DNA from: an uncultured Candidatus Binatia bacterium | GTDB taxonomy: Bacteria > Desulfobacterota > Binatia > Bin18 | Length of the DNA stretch: 64,000 nucleotides | Direction of reading: 5' to 3' | NCBI GenBank assembly: GCA_965200965.1 | Contig: OZ241744.1 | Location: 3,360,001-3,424,000, forward strand | Shown: piece after piece, positions 48,665 to 57,976 of the stretch | Numbering within the stretch: position 1 is the first letter of the stretch | How the letters are laid out: each line of letters starts with the position of its first letter | Program-made: the position numbers and the translations under genes | Notes under the pieces: model-generated | The model's database searches: none | Seen by the model: only the letters and a program-made list of their open reading frames with translations | Told to the model about the DNA's origin: nothing

Positions 48665-49659
48665 CGGTATCACGCATCTGTCTCGGCTGTATGAGCTATG
48701 GGGGTGGTCCGCAACCCGAATGGGCCATGCCGCGCGATTGGGCGCTCGGCAAAGACGAGGCGCGGGAGCATTTTGGGCTGGCGCTTGAGGCTGGGGTGAA
48801 TTTTTTCGACACGGCCGATGTGTACTCAATCGGGCTGAGCGAGGAGATCACCGGCCATTGGCTGAACGAGATGGCCAGCCGTGACGATATCGTGGTGGCG
48901 ACCAAGGTGTGGGGCAGGATGCGGGCCGGCCGGAATAGCGGTGGGCTGAGCCGCAAGCACATTGTTGAGGCATGTGAGAATTCCCTGCGCCGGCTCAGGA
49001 TGGACTACATTGACCTGTATCAGATCCACCGCTGGGACTTCAGCACGCCGATTGAGGAAACGCTGGACGCGCTCAATTCCCTGGTCCAGAGTGGCAAGGT
49101 GCGCTACCTGGGGGCCAGCAGTATGGCCGCCTGGCAGTTTTCCAAGGCGCTCTACACGGCCAAAGAAAACGGCTGGCAGCGGTTTGTGGCAATGCAAAAT
49201 CACTACAACCTGATCTACCGCGAGGAAGAGCGGGAAATGATCCCGCTGTGCATCGATCAGGGCGTTGGGCTGATTCCGTGGAGTCCGCTGGCGCGCGGGT
49301 TTTTTGCCGGGAACCGGGACCCCGAAGGTGGGGAGATGGTGACCAAGCGTGCCGAAACCGACGCCTTTGCCCACAAGAACTATTTCCGCGAGAACGATTT
49401 TGTGGTTGCCGCGACCGTTGAAAAGCTGGCCCACGAACGCGGTGTCAGTCCGACCCAGGTCGCGTGTGCCTGGGTGCTGCAAGCCCCGGGCGTAACCTCA
49501 CCGATTATCGGGGCAACCAAGGTCCATCACTTACAGGAGATTTTCAAGGCGGTTGATATCCAGTTGAGCGCCGAAGAGGTGGCGAGACTTGAAGATCCCT
49601 ATCAGCCGCATCCGGTGCTGGGCCATGTGCAGCCGGGTCCCAAGAAAATGGTTGGGTGA
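48631..49659 (+). CDS. Aldo/keto reductase
   Basis: LGKTGLTVSRICLGCMSYG, FFDTADVYS, DYIDLYQIHR, PWSPLARG. Confidence 0.94.
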   Translation: MQYARLGKTGLTVSRICLGCMSYGGGPQPEWAMPRDWALGKDEAREHFGLALEAGVNFFDTADVYSIGLSEEITGHWLNEMASRDDIVVATKVWGRMRAGRNSGGLSRKHIVEACENSLRRLRMDYIDLYQIHRWDFSTPIEETLDALNSLVQSGKVRYLGASSMAAWQFSKALYTAKENGWQRFVAMQNHYNLIYREEEREMIPLCIDQGVGLIPWSPLARGFFAGNRDPEGGEMVTKRAETDAFAHKNYFRENDFVVAATVEKLAHERGVSPTQVACAWVLQAPGVTSPIIGATKVHHLQEIFKAVDIQLSAEEVARLEDPYQPHPVLGHVQPGPKKMVG

Positions 49660-49719
49660 AAAGCAGGGGGCGGAAAAACTTCCGCCTTTCGTAGCAGCGT
49701 GTCCCGAAAGAGGGTGGTC

Positions 49720-49749
49720 TTGACAAAGTAGACCTTGAAGGTCTATATT
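49720..49749 (+). promoter_or_regulatory. Sigma70-like promoter with palindromic operator
   Basis: TTGACA-18 nt-TATATT; spacer contains TAGACC-N5-GGTCTA. Confidence 0.65.
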
Positions 49750-49849
49750 CCGGGCCGGTTAGAAAATCCGCAAGTTCCTGAAAGGTCTGCAAAAACAGGC
49801 GAGAGCCCCGGTCTTCTCCAGCCGCATGACCCGTCTCTGAGGAATACGC

Positions 49850-50917
49850 ATGCCAAGCGAAGAGGAAATTCGCGCTCAACTCACGCAGATCGCGTATCCC
49901 GGTTCAAAACACGATATTGTGACGCTCGGCCTGATTGGAAATATCGGCATTCGAGACGGCACGGTTGTTGTCCACCTGCGGACGACCAACGCGCGGGAGC
50001 AGGTACTGCAGCATTTGCGAGCCCGGATTACCGAGGCGCTGTCATCCACCGCCGGGGTTGAACAGGTGCAGGTCCATATTTCCGGCCAGCAAGCCCAGCC
50101 GCATACGCCACAGGCCAGACCCCTGAAAGCGCCTACGGTAGTGCCTGGTGTGCAGCGTATTATTGCGGTCGCCAGCGGCAAGGGGGGGGTTGGCAAGTCT
50201 ACGGTGGCGGTGAACCTGAGCTTGGCGTTGGGGGCTTTGGGCAAGACCGTTGGATTGCTTGATGCGGACGTGTATGGGCCGAGTATTCCGCTCATGATGG
50301 GTACCCAGGCGGTGCCTCGGGCCGGCCACAATAAGAAGATCTATCCGGTCGAACAACATGGGATCAGCCTTATTTCCATGGGGCTTTTTGTGGATGACAC
50401 GTCTCCGGTCATTTGGCGTGGGCCAATTGTGATGGGCATTATCCGCCAGTTTTTGCGTGACGTGATCTGGGGTGAGTTGGAGTACTTGATTGTCGATCTG
50501 CCACCGGGCACGGGTGATATCGCTCTGACACTGGCCCAGGAAGTTCCGCTCAACGGCGGGGTAGTCGTCACCACCCCGCAGGATGTCGCGTTGCTCGATG
50601 TGCGGCGCGGTATTGCCATGTTCAAGCAGGTGCAGGTCCCAATTCTGGGCATAATTGAAAACATGAGTCTGTTCATTTGTCCTGAGTGCAATCATCAGGA
50701 AGAAATTTTTGGCCGGGGCGGGGCAAAAAAGACCGGCCTGCCCGTCTTGGGCGAGGTGCCGCTGGTTGAAGATGTGCGGCTCGGCGGTGATCGTGGTGAT
50801 CCGCTGATTCTTGCCAATCCTGACCATCCTGTTTCGCAAGAGTTCAGGGCCATTGCCCAGCGGGTCATGGCAGCCGACGAGTTCACTGTTCAACGCCAGG
50901 GCCAGTCCATGCACTGA
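49850..50917 (+). CDS. mrp: Mrp/NBP35 (ApbC) Fe-S cluster carrier ATPase
   Basis: SGKGGVGKST, DADVYGPS, WRGP, DLPPGTGD, CPEC. Confidence 0.93.
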   Translation: MPSEEEIRAQLTQIAYPGSKHDIVTLGLIGNIGIRDGTVVVHLRTTNAREQVLQHLRARITEALSSTAGVEQVQVHISGQQAQPHTPQARPLKAPTVVPGVQRIIAVASGKGGVGKSTVAVNLSLALGALGKTVGLLDADVYGPSIPLMMGTQAVPRAGHNKKIYPVEQHGISLISMGLFVDDTSPVIWRGPIVMGIIRQFLRDVIWGELEYLIVDLPPGTGDIALTLAQEVPLNGGVVVTTPQDVALLDVRRGIAMFKQVQVPILGIIENMSLFICPECNHQEEIFGRGGAKKTGLPVLGEVPLVEDVRLGGDRGDPLILANPDHPVSQEFRAIAQRVMAADEFTVQRQGQSMH

Positions 50918-50947
50918 TATCTGCTCCATTCTGTAGGGAGAACGGAT

Positions 50948-51262
50948 ATGCCCAAACCAACATTGGTGACCCCCATTGACGAAGAAAAGCAGTTGCGCAT
51001 CCTGTGGGATGACGACGAGTTGAACCAGTTGCCGTTTGCCTGTCTGCGCGGCTGGTGCCCGTGCGCGATGTGCCAGGGCCATAGCGGGGAGCGTCGTTTT
51101 GTCAGCGTTGACGACCCGCAGCTGGTAGAGATACGCCCGGTCGGCAACTACGCCCTGAACATTGTCTGGAAAGACTGTGAGAATGGTATTTATACCTTTG
51201 ACTATCTGAGAGAACTGGGCAAAGACGCCGCAAGCCGGTCAAAAGAGTCACGACAAGAATAA
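50948..51262 (+). CDS. DUF971 (GBBH-like N-terminal) protein
   Basis: LRGWCPCAMC, VGNYAL, GIYTFDYLR. Confidence 0.88.
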   Translation: MPKPTLVTPIDEEKQLRILWDDDELNQLPFACLRGWCPCAMCQGHSGERRFVSVDDPQLVEIRPVGNYALNIVWKDCENGIYTFDYLRELGKDAASRSKESRQE

Positions 51263-51271
51263 GAGCAGCGT

Positions 51272-52333
51272 ATGCCAAGCCCGCAGGAACTGCTGGAATC
51301 CCTCAGAAACGTTAAATATCCCGGATTCAGCCGGGATATTGTCTCCTTTGGCGTGGTCAAGGACATTGCGGTTGGGGTGTCACGGGTAGTGGTCCAGGTT
51401 GCGCCCTCGACCGGCAACAGAGACGTGATTGAGCAGATCCGACGCGACGTACAGGCCACTCTGGCGGCCCAGGTTGATCTGCCGGTTGAGGTCGAGATCC
51501 TGCGGCCCGACGGTGGCCAGCGGCCGACACCCCAGGCTCAAGCCCAGGTCCATCCGTCCATACCTCGCCTTCCGGGCATTGAGCATGTTATTGCAGTGGC
51601 CAGCGGCAAGGGGGGGGTCGGAAAATCCACGGTATCGGTCAATCTGGCAGCTGCTCTGACTCTGATCGACAAGCGCGTCGGTATTCTGGATGCCGATGTG
51701 TACGGTCCCAGTGTGCCCCTGATGCTGGGCCTGAAACAGCGGCCCGAAAGCACCCCAGAAAAAAAAATTCTCCCCCTCACGAAGTTTGATCTCAAAGTGA
51801 TGTCAATGGGTTTTCTGGTGGCCGATGAGCAGGCGGTGGTGTGGCGCGGGCCGATGGTCGATAAGCTGCTGACCGAGTTTCTGCGCAATGTCGAGTGGGG
51901 AGAATTGGACATCCTGGTCATAGACCTGCCGCCCGGCACGGGTGATGCCCAGCTGAGCATCGTGCAAAAAGCCCCGCTTTCGGGCGGTGTGATTGTCACT
52001 ACCCCTCAAGACGTAGCGCTGATGGATGTCCGTCGCGGCGTGCAAATGTTTGAAGAGGTCAAGGTGCCCGTGCTGGGGGTGATTGAGAACATGAGCTATC
52101 TGGTGTGCCGTTCGTGTGGACACCACGCCCATGTCTTTAGTCAGGGGGGTGGCAGGCAGGTGGCCGAGCAGTTTCAGGTGCCTCTGCTGGGTGAAATTCC
52201 GCTGCTCCGCGATATTGTCTTTGGTGGGGATAGCGGCACGCCGCTCGTTGTCTCTCAGCCTGATCACCCTCAGAGTCGGGTGTTTGTCGGTCTTGCTGAG
52301 CAGGTGCTGCGGCAGTTGAAAGGTGAACGATGA
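51272..52333 (+). CDS. mrp: Second Mrp/NBP35 ATPase
   Basis: VKYPGFSRDIVSFG, SGKGGVGKST, DLPPGTGD, CRSC. Confidence 0.93.
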   Translation: MPSPQELLESLRNVKYPGFSRDIVSFGVVKDIAVGVSRVVVQVAPSTGNRDVIEQIRRDVQATLAAQVDLPVEVEILRPDGGQRPTPQAQAQVHPSIPRLPGIEHVIAVASGKGGVGKSTVSVNLAAALTLIDKRVGILDADVYGPSVPLMLGLKQRPESTPEKKILPLTKFDLKVMSMGFLVADEQAVVWRGPMVDKLLTEFLRNVEWGELDILVIDLPPGTGDAQLSIVQKAPLSGGVIVTTPQDVALMDVRRGVQMFEEVKVPVLGVIENMSYLVCRSCGHHAHVFSQGGGRQVAEQFQVPLLGEIPLLRDIVFGGDSGTPLVVSQPDHPQSRVFVGLAEQVLRQLKGER

Positions 52334-52367
52334 TGATCTCCTCATCAGGAGATCATCATCGTTCACC
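52322..52367. repeat. Perfect 21-bp inverted repeat with 4-nt loop
   Basis: GGTGAACGATGATGATCTCCT-CATC-AGGAGATCATCATCGTTCACC. Confidence 0.9.
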
Positions 52368-52381
52368 CTCGTAATACCCCG

Positions 52382-52735
52382 ATGGCTACGTTGCAGGTCC
52401 TCTTTGAGACTGGTGAGTTGGAACGGCTGATCGAATTCGATCCGGCCGATGCCCCTTTTCAAGATGACGGACAACCGGGATCGATTCTGGATGTGCTCCT
52501 CGGTCATCAGGTGGCGCTTGAACACGCCTGTGGCGGCCACTGCGCATGTACGACCTGTCATGTGATTGTCAAAGCTGGTGAAGAGCATCTCTCGGAGAGC
52601 GAGGAATCTGAGGAGGATATGCTTGATAAAGCGCCGGGCTTGACACTTGGCTCCCGGCTTGGCTGTCAGGCCGTCATTGAGACCGGTCATATCACCATCC
52701 TGATCCCGAAGTATACGATTAACCAGCAGATGTGA
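52382..52735 (+). CDS. fdx: 2Fe-2S ferredoxin, ISC/adrenodoxin type
   Basis: EHACGGHCACTTCHV...SRLGCQ. Confidence 0.92.
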   Translation: MATLQVLFETGELERLIEFDPADAPFQDDGQPGSILDVLLGHQVALEHACGGHCACTTCHVIVKAGEEHLSESEESEEDMLDKAPGLTLGSRLGCQAVIETGHITILIPKYTINQQM

Positions 52736-52757
52736 GCGCCCAGCCCTCCTCCCCCAC

Positions 52758-53477
52758 ATGCAGCAGGCTGCACCCTATCGGGCTGTCATTGAGCGTATTG
52801 TTGAGCGGGCACCCGACACCCGTTCGTTTTTTCTACGCCTCCGCACCGACAAGCGCCTGCGCTTCAGGCCGGGCCAGTTCCTGTCCTTTCAGTTGCCAGG
52901 CAACGGAAAAACTCTGACCCGGGCGTATACAATCGCCTCGAATCCCGAAGATGCAGGGCCGCTGGAAATCTGTTTGAACCGCGTGCCTGGTGGTCCGGGT
53001 TCGCACTATGTATTCACCCGCAGGCTTGGCGATGAGCTGTCTTTTACTGGACCCTGGGGCGCTTTTGTGCTTGACCAGGCTCCGCCGGCTGAGTGTGTCT
53101 TTATTGCCGAGGGGACTGGGATTGCAGCCATCCGACCTATGCTTCGGCGGGCGCTTGCCGGGAGTCCGCAGCGACCCTTTGCCCTGCTCTATGGAACGGT
53201 CGGCGAACAAAACCTGCTGTATCGTGAACAGTTGGAAGATTGGGCCCGCCCGCCCGCCGCGTTGACCTTTCGCCCTCTTTTGTGTCAACCCTCCCCGCGT
53301 TGGGACGGACTGCGGGGCGATCTCCTCGCTCATGTCGAAGCGTACTATGTCAAACGCGACACCCACCGGTCTCGCCATTTTTATATTTGTGGGATTGGCA
53401 ACCGGGTCTTACAGATCCGTGACCTCCTGCGAACCGCCGGCTATGAGCGCCGCGCGGTAAAATATGAGAGGTGGTAA
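52758..53477 (+). CDS. FAD/NAD(P)-binding oxidoreductase (ferredoxin reductase-like)
   Basis: FRPGQF, RAYTIAS, GPWG, GTGIA, YICG, terminal YERW. Confidence 0.85.
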   Translation: MQQAAPYRAVIERIVERAPDTRSFFLRLRTDKRLRFRPGQFLSFQLPGNGKTLTRAYTIASNPEDAGPLEICLNRVPGGPGSHYVFTRRLGDELSFTGPWGAFVLDQAPPAECVFIAEGTGIAAIRPMLRRALAGSPQRPFALLYGTVGEQNLLYREQLEDWARPPAALTFRPLLCQPSPRWDGLRGDLLAHVEAYYVKRDTHRSRHFYICGIGNRVLQIRDLLRTAGYERRAVKYERW

Positions 53478-53498
53478 AAAGCCGACTCCCCTGCCACA

Positions 53499-53528
53499 TT
53501 GACAACTTGGACCCTGACAGTCTATATT
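53499..53528 (+). promoter_or_regulatory. Second copy of the promoter/operator, upstream of iscU
   Basis: TTGACA-18 nt-TATATT with GACC-N6-GTCTA; same layout as 49720-49749. Confidence 0.65.
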
Positions 53529-53629
53529 CGGAGTCAGAGGATCGGTCAGTCCTGATTCTGAGCCGCAAATGATAACGTTTTATCCTGAGTTCTTGTGACT
53601 GAGGTGAATGTCCCGGAAAGGAGCAACCC

Positions 53630-54034
53630 ATGGCCTACACAGATAAGGTGCTTGAGCACTACGAAAACCCCAAAAATGTCGGCAGTTTTGCCAAAGACGA
53701 AGAGAATGTCGGCACCGGCGTTGTTGGTGCCCCTGAGTGTGGGGACGTGATGAAGCTGCAACTCAAGATCAATCCTGACACCGAGGTCATTGAGGATGCC
53801 CGCTTCAAAACCTTTGGCTGCGGCTCGGCGATTGCCTCGTCCAGCTATGTGACCGAGCTGGTCAAAGGCAAGACGGTCGGAGAAGCCTACACGATCAAAA
53901 ATACCGAGATCGTCAAGGAGTTGTCCCTGCCGCCGGTCAAGATTCACTGCTCGGTCTTGGCCGAGGATGCGATTAAATCTGCCGTAGCAGACTGGCGAGA
54001 GAAGGGCGACAAGTCGGACGATACGGCGGCATAG
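53630..54034 (+). CDS. iscU: Fe-S scaffold protein IscU
   Basis: HYENPKNVG, GAPECGDVM, FKTFGCGSAIASS, LPPVKIHCS. Confidence 0.96.
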   Translation: MAYTDKVLEHYENPKNVGSFAKDEENVGTGVVGAPECGDVMKLQLKINPDTEVIEDARFKTFGCGSAIASSSYVTELVKGKTVGEAYTIKNTEIVKELSLPPVKIHCSVLAEDAIKSAVADWREKGDKSDDTAA

Positions 54035-54070
54035 CTGTCTGCCGTTCACATTGGATCACGAGGGCAAACA

Positions 54071-54604
54071 ATGGAACATGGCCAGACCTTGACCACGACC
54101 CCGCGTTTGCGGGGCGGGGATGAAGCCCTGCTCGGTGACGCGGTGGTCCTCACCCAAATCGATAAGGCCGTCGGTTGGGCGCGGAAATACTCCATCTTTC
54201 CGTATCCGTTTGCCACGGCGTGTTGCGCTATGGAATACATGGCCCTGTCAATGACCCCCTACGACATCGATCGCTTTGGGGCGTTGCTGCCGCGTTTCAG
54301 TCCGCGTCAGGCCGATCTGCTGATGGTGATAGGGACGGTGACATGTCGTCAGGCACCTGTTCTGAAGCGGGTGTATGAACAAATGACCGAGCCCAAATGG
54401 GTGATGGCCTTTGGGGCGTGTGCCTCAACCGGTGGATTTTATGACAATTATACCACCGTGGCCGGTATTGATCGCATCGTTCCAGTTGATGTCTATGTAC
54501 CGGGCTGTCCGCCCCGTCCAGAAAATGTTCTGGATGCCCTGATGGCCCTCCAGCGAAAAATTCATTCACAGAAGCAAAAGCTTCGAGGGATGGCTGTTGC
54601 CTAG
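54071..54604 (+). CDS. nuoB: NADH-quinone oxidoreductase subunit B, paralog 1
   Basis: [25 protein letters not shown]. Confidence 0.92.
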   Translation: MEHGQTLTTTPRLRGGDEALLGDAVVLTQIDKAVGWARKYSIFPYPFATACCAMEYMALSMTPYDIDRFGALLPRFSPRQADLLMVIGTVTCRQAPVLKRVYEQMTEPKWVMAFGACASTGGFYDNYTTVAGIDRIVPVDVYVPGCPPRPENVLDALMALQRKIHSQKQKLRGMAVA

Positions 54605-54660
54605 AGGCAAGCGGTATGAGCAAGACAGGAAAGTCGAAATCGGTAGAGCGCAGCTCGTTG

Positions 54661-55170
54661 ATGAACATCGGTAAACGGGTTGACTATGCCGTGCGCGCCC
54701 TGTCCTACTTAGCCGCTCAGCCGTCCGGAACCGTTGTTTCTCGACGCGAAATCCAGATCAAACAGGATATTCCCTCCTATTTCCTGTCAAAAATTATGAA
54801 ACAACTCGTTGGAGGCCGTCTGGTGGAGTCGTATATGGGAGCCCGAGGCGGTTTCCGCCTCAAGAAGCCGGCAGCGCACATCAACCTCAAGGAGGTCTAT
54901 GAGTGCCTTGAAGGCCCCCTCTTGCTGATGGAATGTCTCGAAGGGGGCGAACAGGCGTGTCAGTACTGCGAGGTGTGCAACCAGATCTCCGTCTGGGGCG
55001 AAGCTCAGCGGCGGCTTGCCGAATACCTGGCCAGCGTCACGCTGGGGCAGATTGCTGATAAAGTCGGACTGCGGGAGGAGCTTGCCCATCGCGGACAGGG
55101 AGGATATAGAGAAGCCGTGCCGCTTGGCCTCACCCCACCCTGCTCCAGCGGGCAGGACAGGACAGCGTAG
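54661..55170 (+). CDS. Rrf2 family transcriptional regulator with Cys cluster
   Basis: DYAVRAL, FLSKIM, GARGGFRL, C-x6-C-x5-C pattern. Confidence 0.9.
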   Translation: MNIGKRVDYAVRALSYLAAQPSGTVVSRREIQIKQDIPSYFLSKIMKQLVGGRLVESYMGARGGFRLKKPAAHINLKEVYECLEGPLLLMECLEGGEQACQYCEVCNQISVWGEAQRRLAEYLASVTLGQIADKVGLREELAHRGQGGYREAVPLGLTPPCSSGQDRTA

Positions 55171-55204
55171 AAAAGCGGCGTGAACATCGGTCAGGAGTGA
55201 AGCG

Positions 55205-55630
55205 GTGTATTTTCATTTTGGCAACGTTCTGGTGTTCACCCTCATCGGGCTTGGTCTGGGCGCTTTTCACCTCATCCTGGGCAGCTTTCTGCGCCCCCAT
55301 AACCCTGAGGCCAAAAAGCTGACGACCTACGAGTGTGGCGAGTTGCCGACCGGGAGTGCGTGGATTAACTTCAATATCCGGTTCTATCTCATCGCCCTTG
55401 TTTTTGTGATCTTTGATATTGAGGTCGCCTTCATCTACCCGGTGGCGGTGGCGTTTCGGGATTTTGTGCTGGCTGGCAACGGGCTGTTTGCCCTGACGGA
55501 AATTCTGCTCTTTCTCGGGATCCTTGGCGTCGGGCTGGTGTATGTCTGGAAGAAGCGTGACCTGGAATGGATTAAGCGCGTCCAGACCCAGCAGACGGAA
55601 GAGGAACCGGCGCTTCCCAGGGCGGCCTGA
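55205..55630 (+). CDS. nuoA: NADH-quinone oxidoreductase subunit A
   Basis: YECGE, FYLIALVFVIFDIE. Confidence 0.95.
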   Translation: MYFHFGNVLVFTLIGLGLGAFHLILGSFLRPHNPEAKKLTTYECGELPTGSAWINFNIRFYLIALVFVIFDIEVAFIYPVAVAFRDFVLAGNGLFALTEILLFLGILGVGLVYVWKKRDLEWIKRVQTQQTEEEPALPRAA

Positions 55631-55661
55631 GAGGCTGCGTCAGACCGGATAAGGAGGATTC

Positions 55662-56165
55662 ATGTCGCTTGTCAATAGTGTACCGGAGATGGTGCTCACC
55701 ACAAAAGTTGACGAGGTTTTGAACTGGACCAGGAAATCTTCGGTGTGGTATATGCTGTTTGGTCTGGCGTGCTGCGCCATTGAGATGATGCAAACCGGCG
55801 GACCACGAACCGATTTAGAGCGGTTTGGAGCGGCACCTCGGGCCACACCGAGACAGTCCGACATGATGATTATTGCCGGAACCCTGACCCTCAAAATGGC
55901 ACTCCGCACCAAGGTTCTGTACGACCAGATGCCCGACCCAAAATATGTGATTTCGATGGGGAGTTGCTCGAACTGTGGAGGCCTGTTTCAGCTCGCCTAC
56001 TCGGTGTGTGACGGGGTGGATAAGGTGATCCCGGTCGATGTGTATGTGCCAGGCTGTCCGCCCAGACCCGAGGCTTTGACCGAGGGCCTGCTCAAACTCC
56101 AGGAGAAGATGATGCAGGAACGCTGGTTGGTGAAAAAAGCGCCGGCCCAAATCGAAGCGGCATAA
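55662..56165 (+). CDS. nuoB: NADH-quinone oxidoreductase subunit B, paralog 2
   Basis: [29 protein letters not shown]. Confidence 0.95.
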   Translation: MSLVNSVPEMVLTTKVDEVLNWTRKSSVWYMLFGLACCAIEMMQTGGPRTDLERFGAAPRATPRQSDMMIIAGTLTLKMALRTKVLYDQMPDPKYVISMGSCSNCGGLFQLAYSVCDGVDKVIPVDVYVPGCPPRPEALTEGLLKLQEKMMQERWLVKKAPAQIEAA

Positions 56166-56224
56166 TCCCGTGGGCGGCTGTGGCAAGCCCGGAGCCGACC
56201 TCCCGTCTCTCTGCTGTGTGTACT

Positions 56225-56722
56225 ATGTCCCCAGCCGATATTTTCCAGACAATCGTCCAGCGCTTTGGTGTCGAGGCTATCGTTTCCCGTGATGAGGAAG
56301 CGCTGGACCCGTACTGCGTTATTCAGCTCGAGGTGGCGGCCGACATCTGCCGTTTTCTCAAACAGGAGGCTGACTTGGCCTTTGACTGTTTGTCAAACAT
56401 GTCAGGAGTTGATCTCATCAAAGACGACAAAATCCAGGTGGTAATGCACCTGTACTCCTACCTCCACCGGCATCAGATTGTGCTGAAAGTTGATGTCCCG
56501 CGTGACGCGCCCGAGATGCCTTCGGTTGAAGGCGTATGGAAGGCGGCAAACTGGCTGGAGCGTGAAATTTATGACCTCCTCGGGGTCAATTTCACCGGCC
56601 ATCCAGATCTGCGCCGTCTGCTCATGCCGGAGGACTGGGTCGGGCACCCGCTGCGTAAAGATTTTGTGGAGCCGGAAGAGTACCACGGCATTAGCACCCG
56701 GCGTGAGAGTCTGCTCAAGTGA
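56225..56722 (+). CDS. nuoC: NADH-quinone oxidoreductase subunit C
   Basis: [28 protein letters not shown]. Confidence 0.94.
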   Translation: MSPADIFQTIVQRFGVEAIVSRDEEALDPYCVIQLEVAADICRFLKQEADLAFDCLSNMSGVDLIKDDKIQVVMHLYSYLHRHQIVLKVDVPRDAPEMPSVEGVWKAANWLEREIYDLLGVNFTGHPDLRRLLMPEDWVGHPLRKDFVEPEEYHGISTRRESLLK

Positions 56723-56780
56723 TACGGTCTGGCCCCTGCCCGATCATTGTCCCCGGAAGCGCTGACCACAGGAGGATGAC

Positions 56781-57935
56781 ATGAGCCTGGCAGGGTATGA
56801 GGTTGAGGTCCAACGTGGAGAGGGTCTGGCCGCCGAAGAAATGACCCTGAATATGGGCCCCCAGCACCCGAGTACGCACGGCGTTCTGCGCTTTGTGGTC
56901 AAGGCGGACGGCGAGGTGATGCGGACGGCTATTCCTGACATCGGCTACCTCCACCGGTCTATTGAAAAAATTTCCGAAAAGGTCGGCTACCACGGTTTCA
57001 TGCCCTACACTGACCGGGTCGATTATGTCTCGGCCATGCAGTGTAACCAGGGCTGGGGCATGGCCTGCGAACGGCTGGCCGGTATTGAGGTACCCCGCCG
57101 GGGCGAGTTCTGTCGGGTGCTTGCCTGCGAGCTGGGCCGGATGGCGAGCCATTTGCTCTCGGTCGGAACGATGGTCATGGATATCGGCGGCTATACGCCC
57201 TTTTTGCACGCCATCCGTGAGCGGGAGAAGATTAACAATCTGCTGGAAGAGTTATGTGGTGCGCGGCTCACCTTCAACTACATGCGGGTCGGTGGTGTGG
57301 CCTGGGATTTGCCGCCGAATTATGGCGACAAAGTCGTCGCTTTTGTGGATCAGTTTGAGCCGCTGGTTGACGAGTATAACGACCTCATTTCGTACAACAA
57401 GATTTATGTGGAACGCTTGGCCAATGTAGCGGTGGTCAGCAAAGAGGAGGCGGTCAGCTACAACTTGGTCGGACCGAATTTGCGCGCCTGCGGTATCAAG
57501 TATGATGTGCGGCGCGATGAGCCGTATTCGATATATTCAGAGTTGGATTTTGATATTCCGGTCGGTACCGGGGAGATGGGCCAACAGGGCGACTGCTTTG
57601 ACCGCTATATGACCCGTATCCGGGAGCTTAAGGAATGCTGCAAAATTGTGCGCCAATGTCTGGCCATGATGCCCGATGGGCCGGTGTTGGCGAAAGTCCC
57701 GCGTAAGCTCAAGCCGCCGGCTGGCGATGTCTATGTGCGGGTCGAAGGCTCGCGGGGCGATATGGGCTGGTATGTGGTCAGTGACGGGACCGAGTTTCCG
57801 TACCGGACCAAAATCCGAACCGGCTCGTTTTCTGCCATGAGTATTGTCGATAAAGTCAGTCAGGGCCTGATGATCGCCGACCTGATTGCCCTGATTGCCA
57901 GTTTTGATGTGGTCGCGCCGGAGGTTGATCGCTAG
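56781..57935 (+). CDS. nuoD: NADH-quinone oxidoreductase subunit D
   Basis: NMGPQHPSTHGVLR, GYLHR, DRVDY, terminal EVDR; no NiFe CxxC motifs. Confidence 0.95.
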   Translation: MSLAGYEVEVQRGEGLAAEEMTLNMGPQHPSTHGVLRFVVKADGEVMRTAIPDIGYLHRSIEKISEKVGYHGFMPYTDRVDYVSAMQCNQGWGMACERLAGIEVPRRGEFCRVLACELGRMASHLLSVGTMVMDIGGYTPFLHAIREREKINNLLEELCGARLTFNYMRVGGVAWDLPPNYGDKVVAFVDQFEPLVDEYNDLISYNKIYVERLANVAVVSKEEAVSYNLVGPNLRACGIKYDVRRDEPYSIYSELDFDIPVGTGEMGQQGDCFDRYMTRIRELKECCKIVRQCLAMMPDGPVLAKVPRKLKPPAGDVYVRVEGSRGDMGWYVVSDGTEFPYRTKIRTGSFSAMSIVDKVSQGLMIADLIALIASFDVVAPEVDR

Positions 57936-57976
57936 CCGGCGACCTGGATAAAAGTGGATGAGTAGGGTAGCGCGCT

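Noticed and set aside
56781-57935. Group 4 NiFe hydrogenase large subunit
   Set aside because: No CxxC nickel ligands; quinone-site motifs of NuoD are present.
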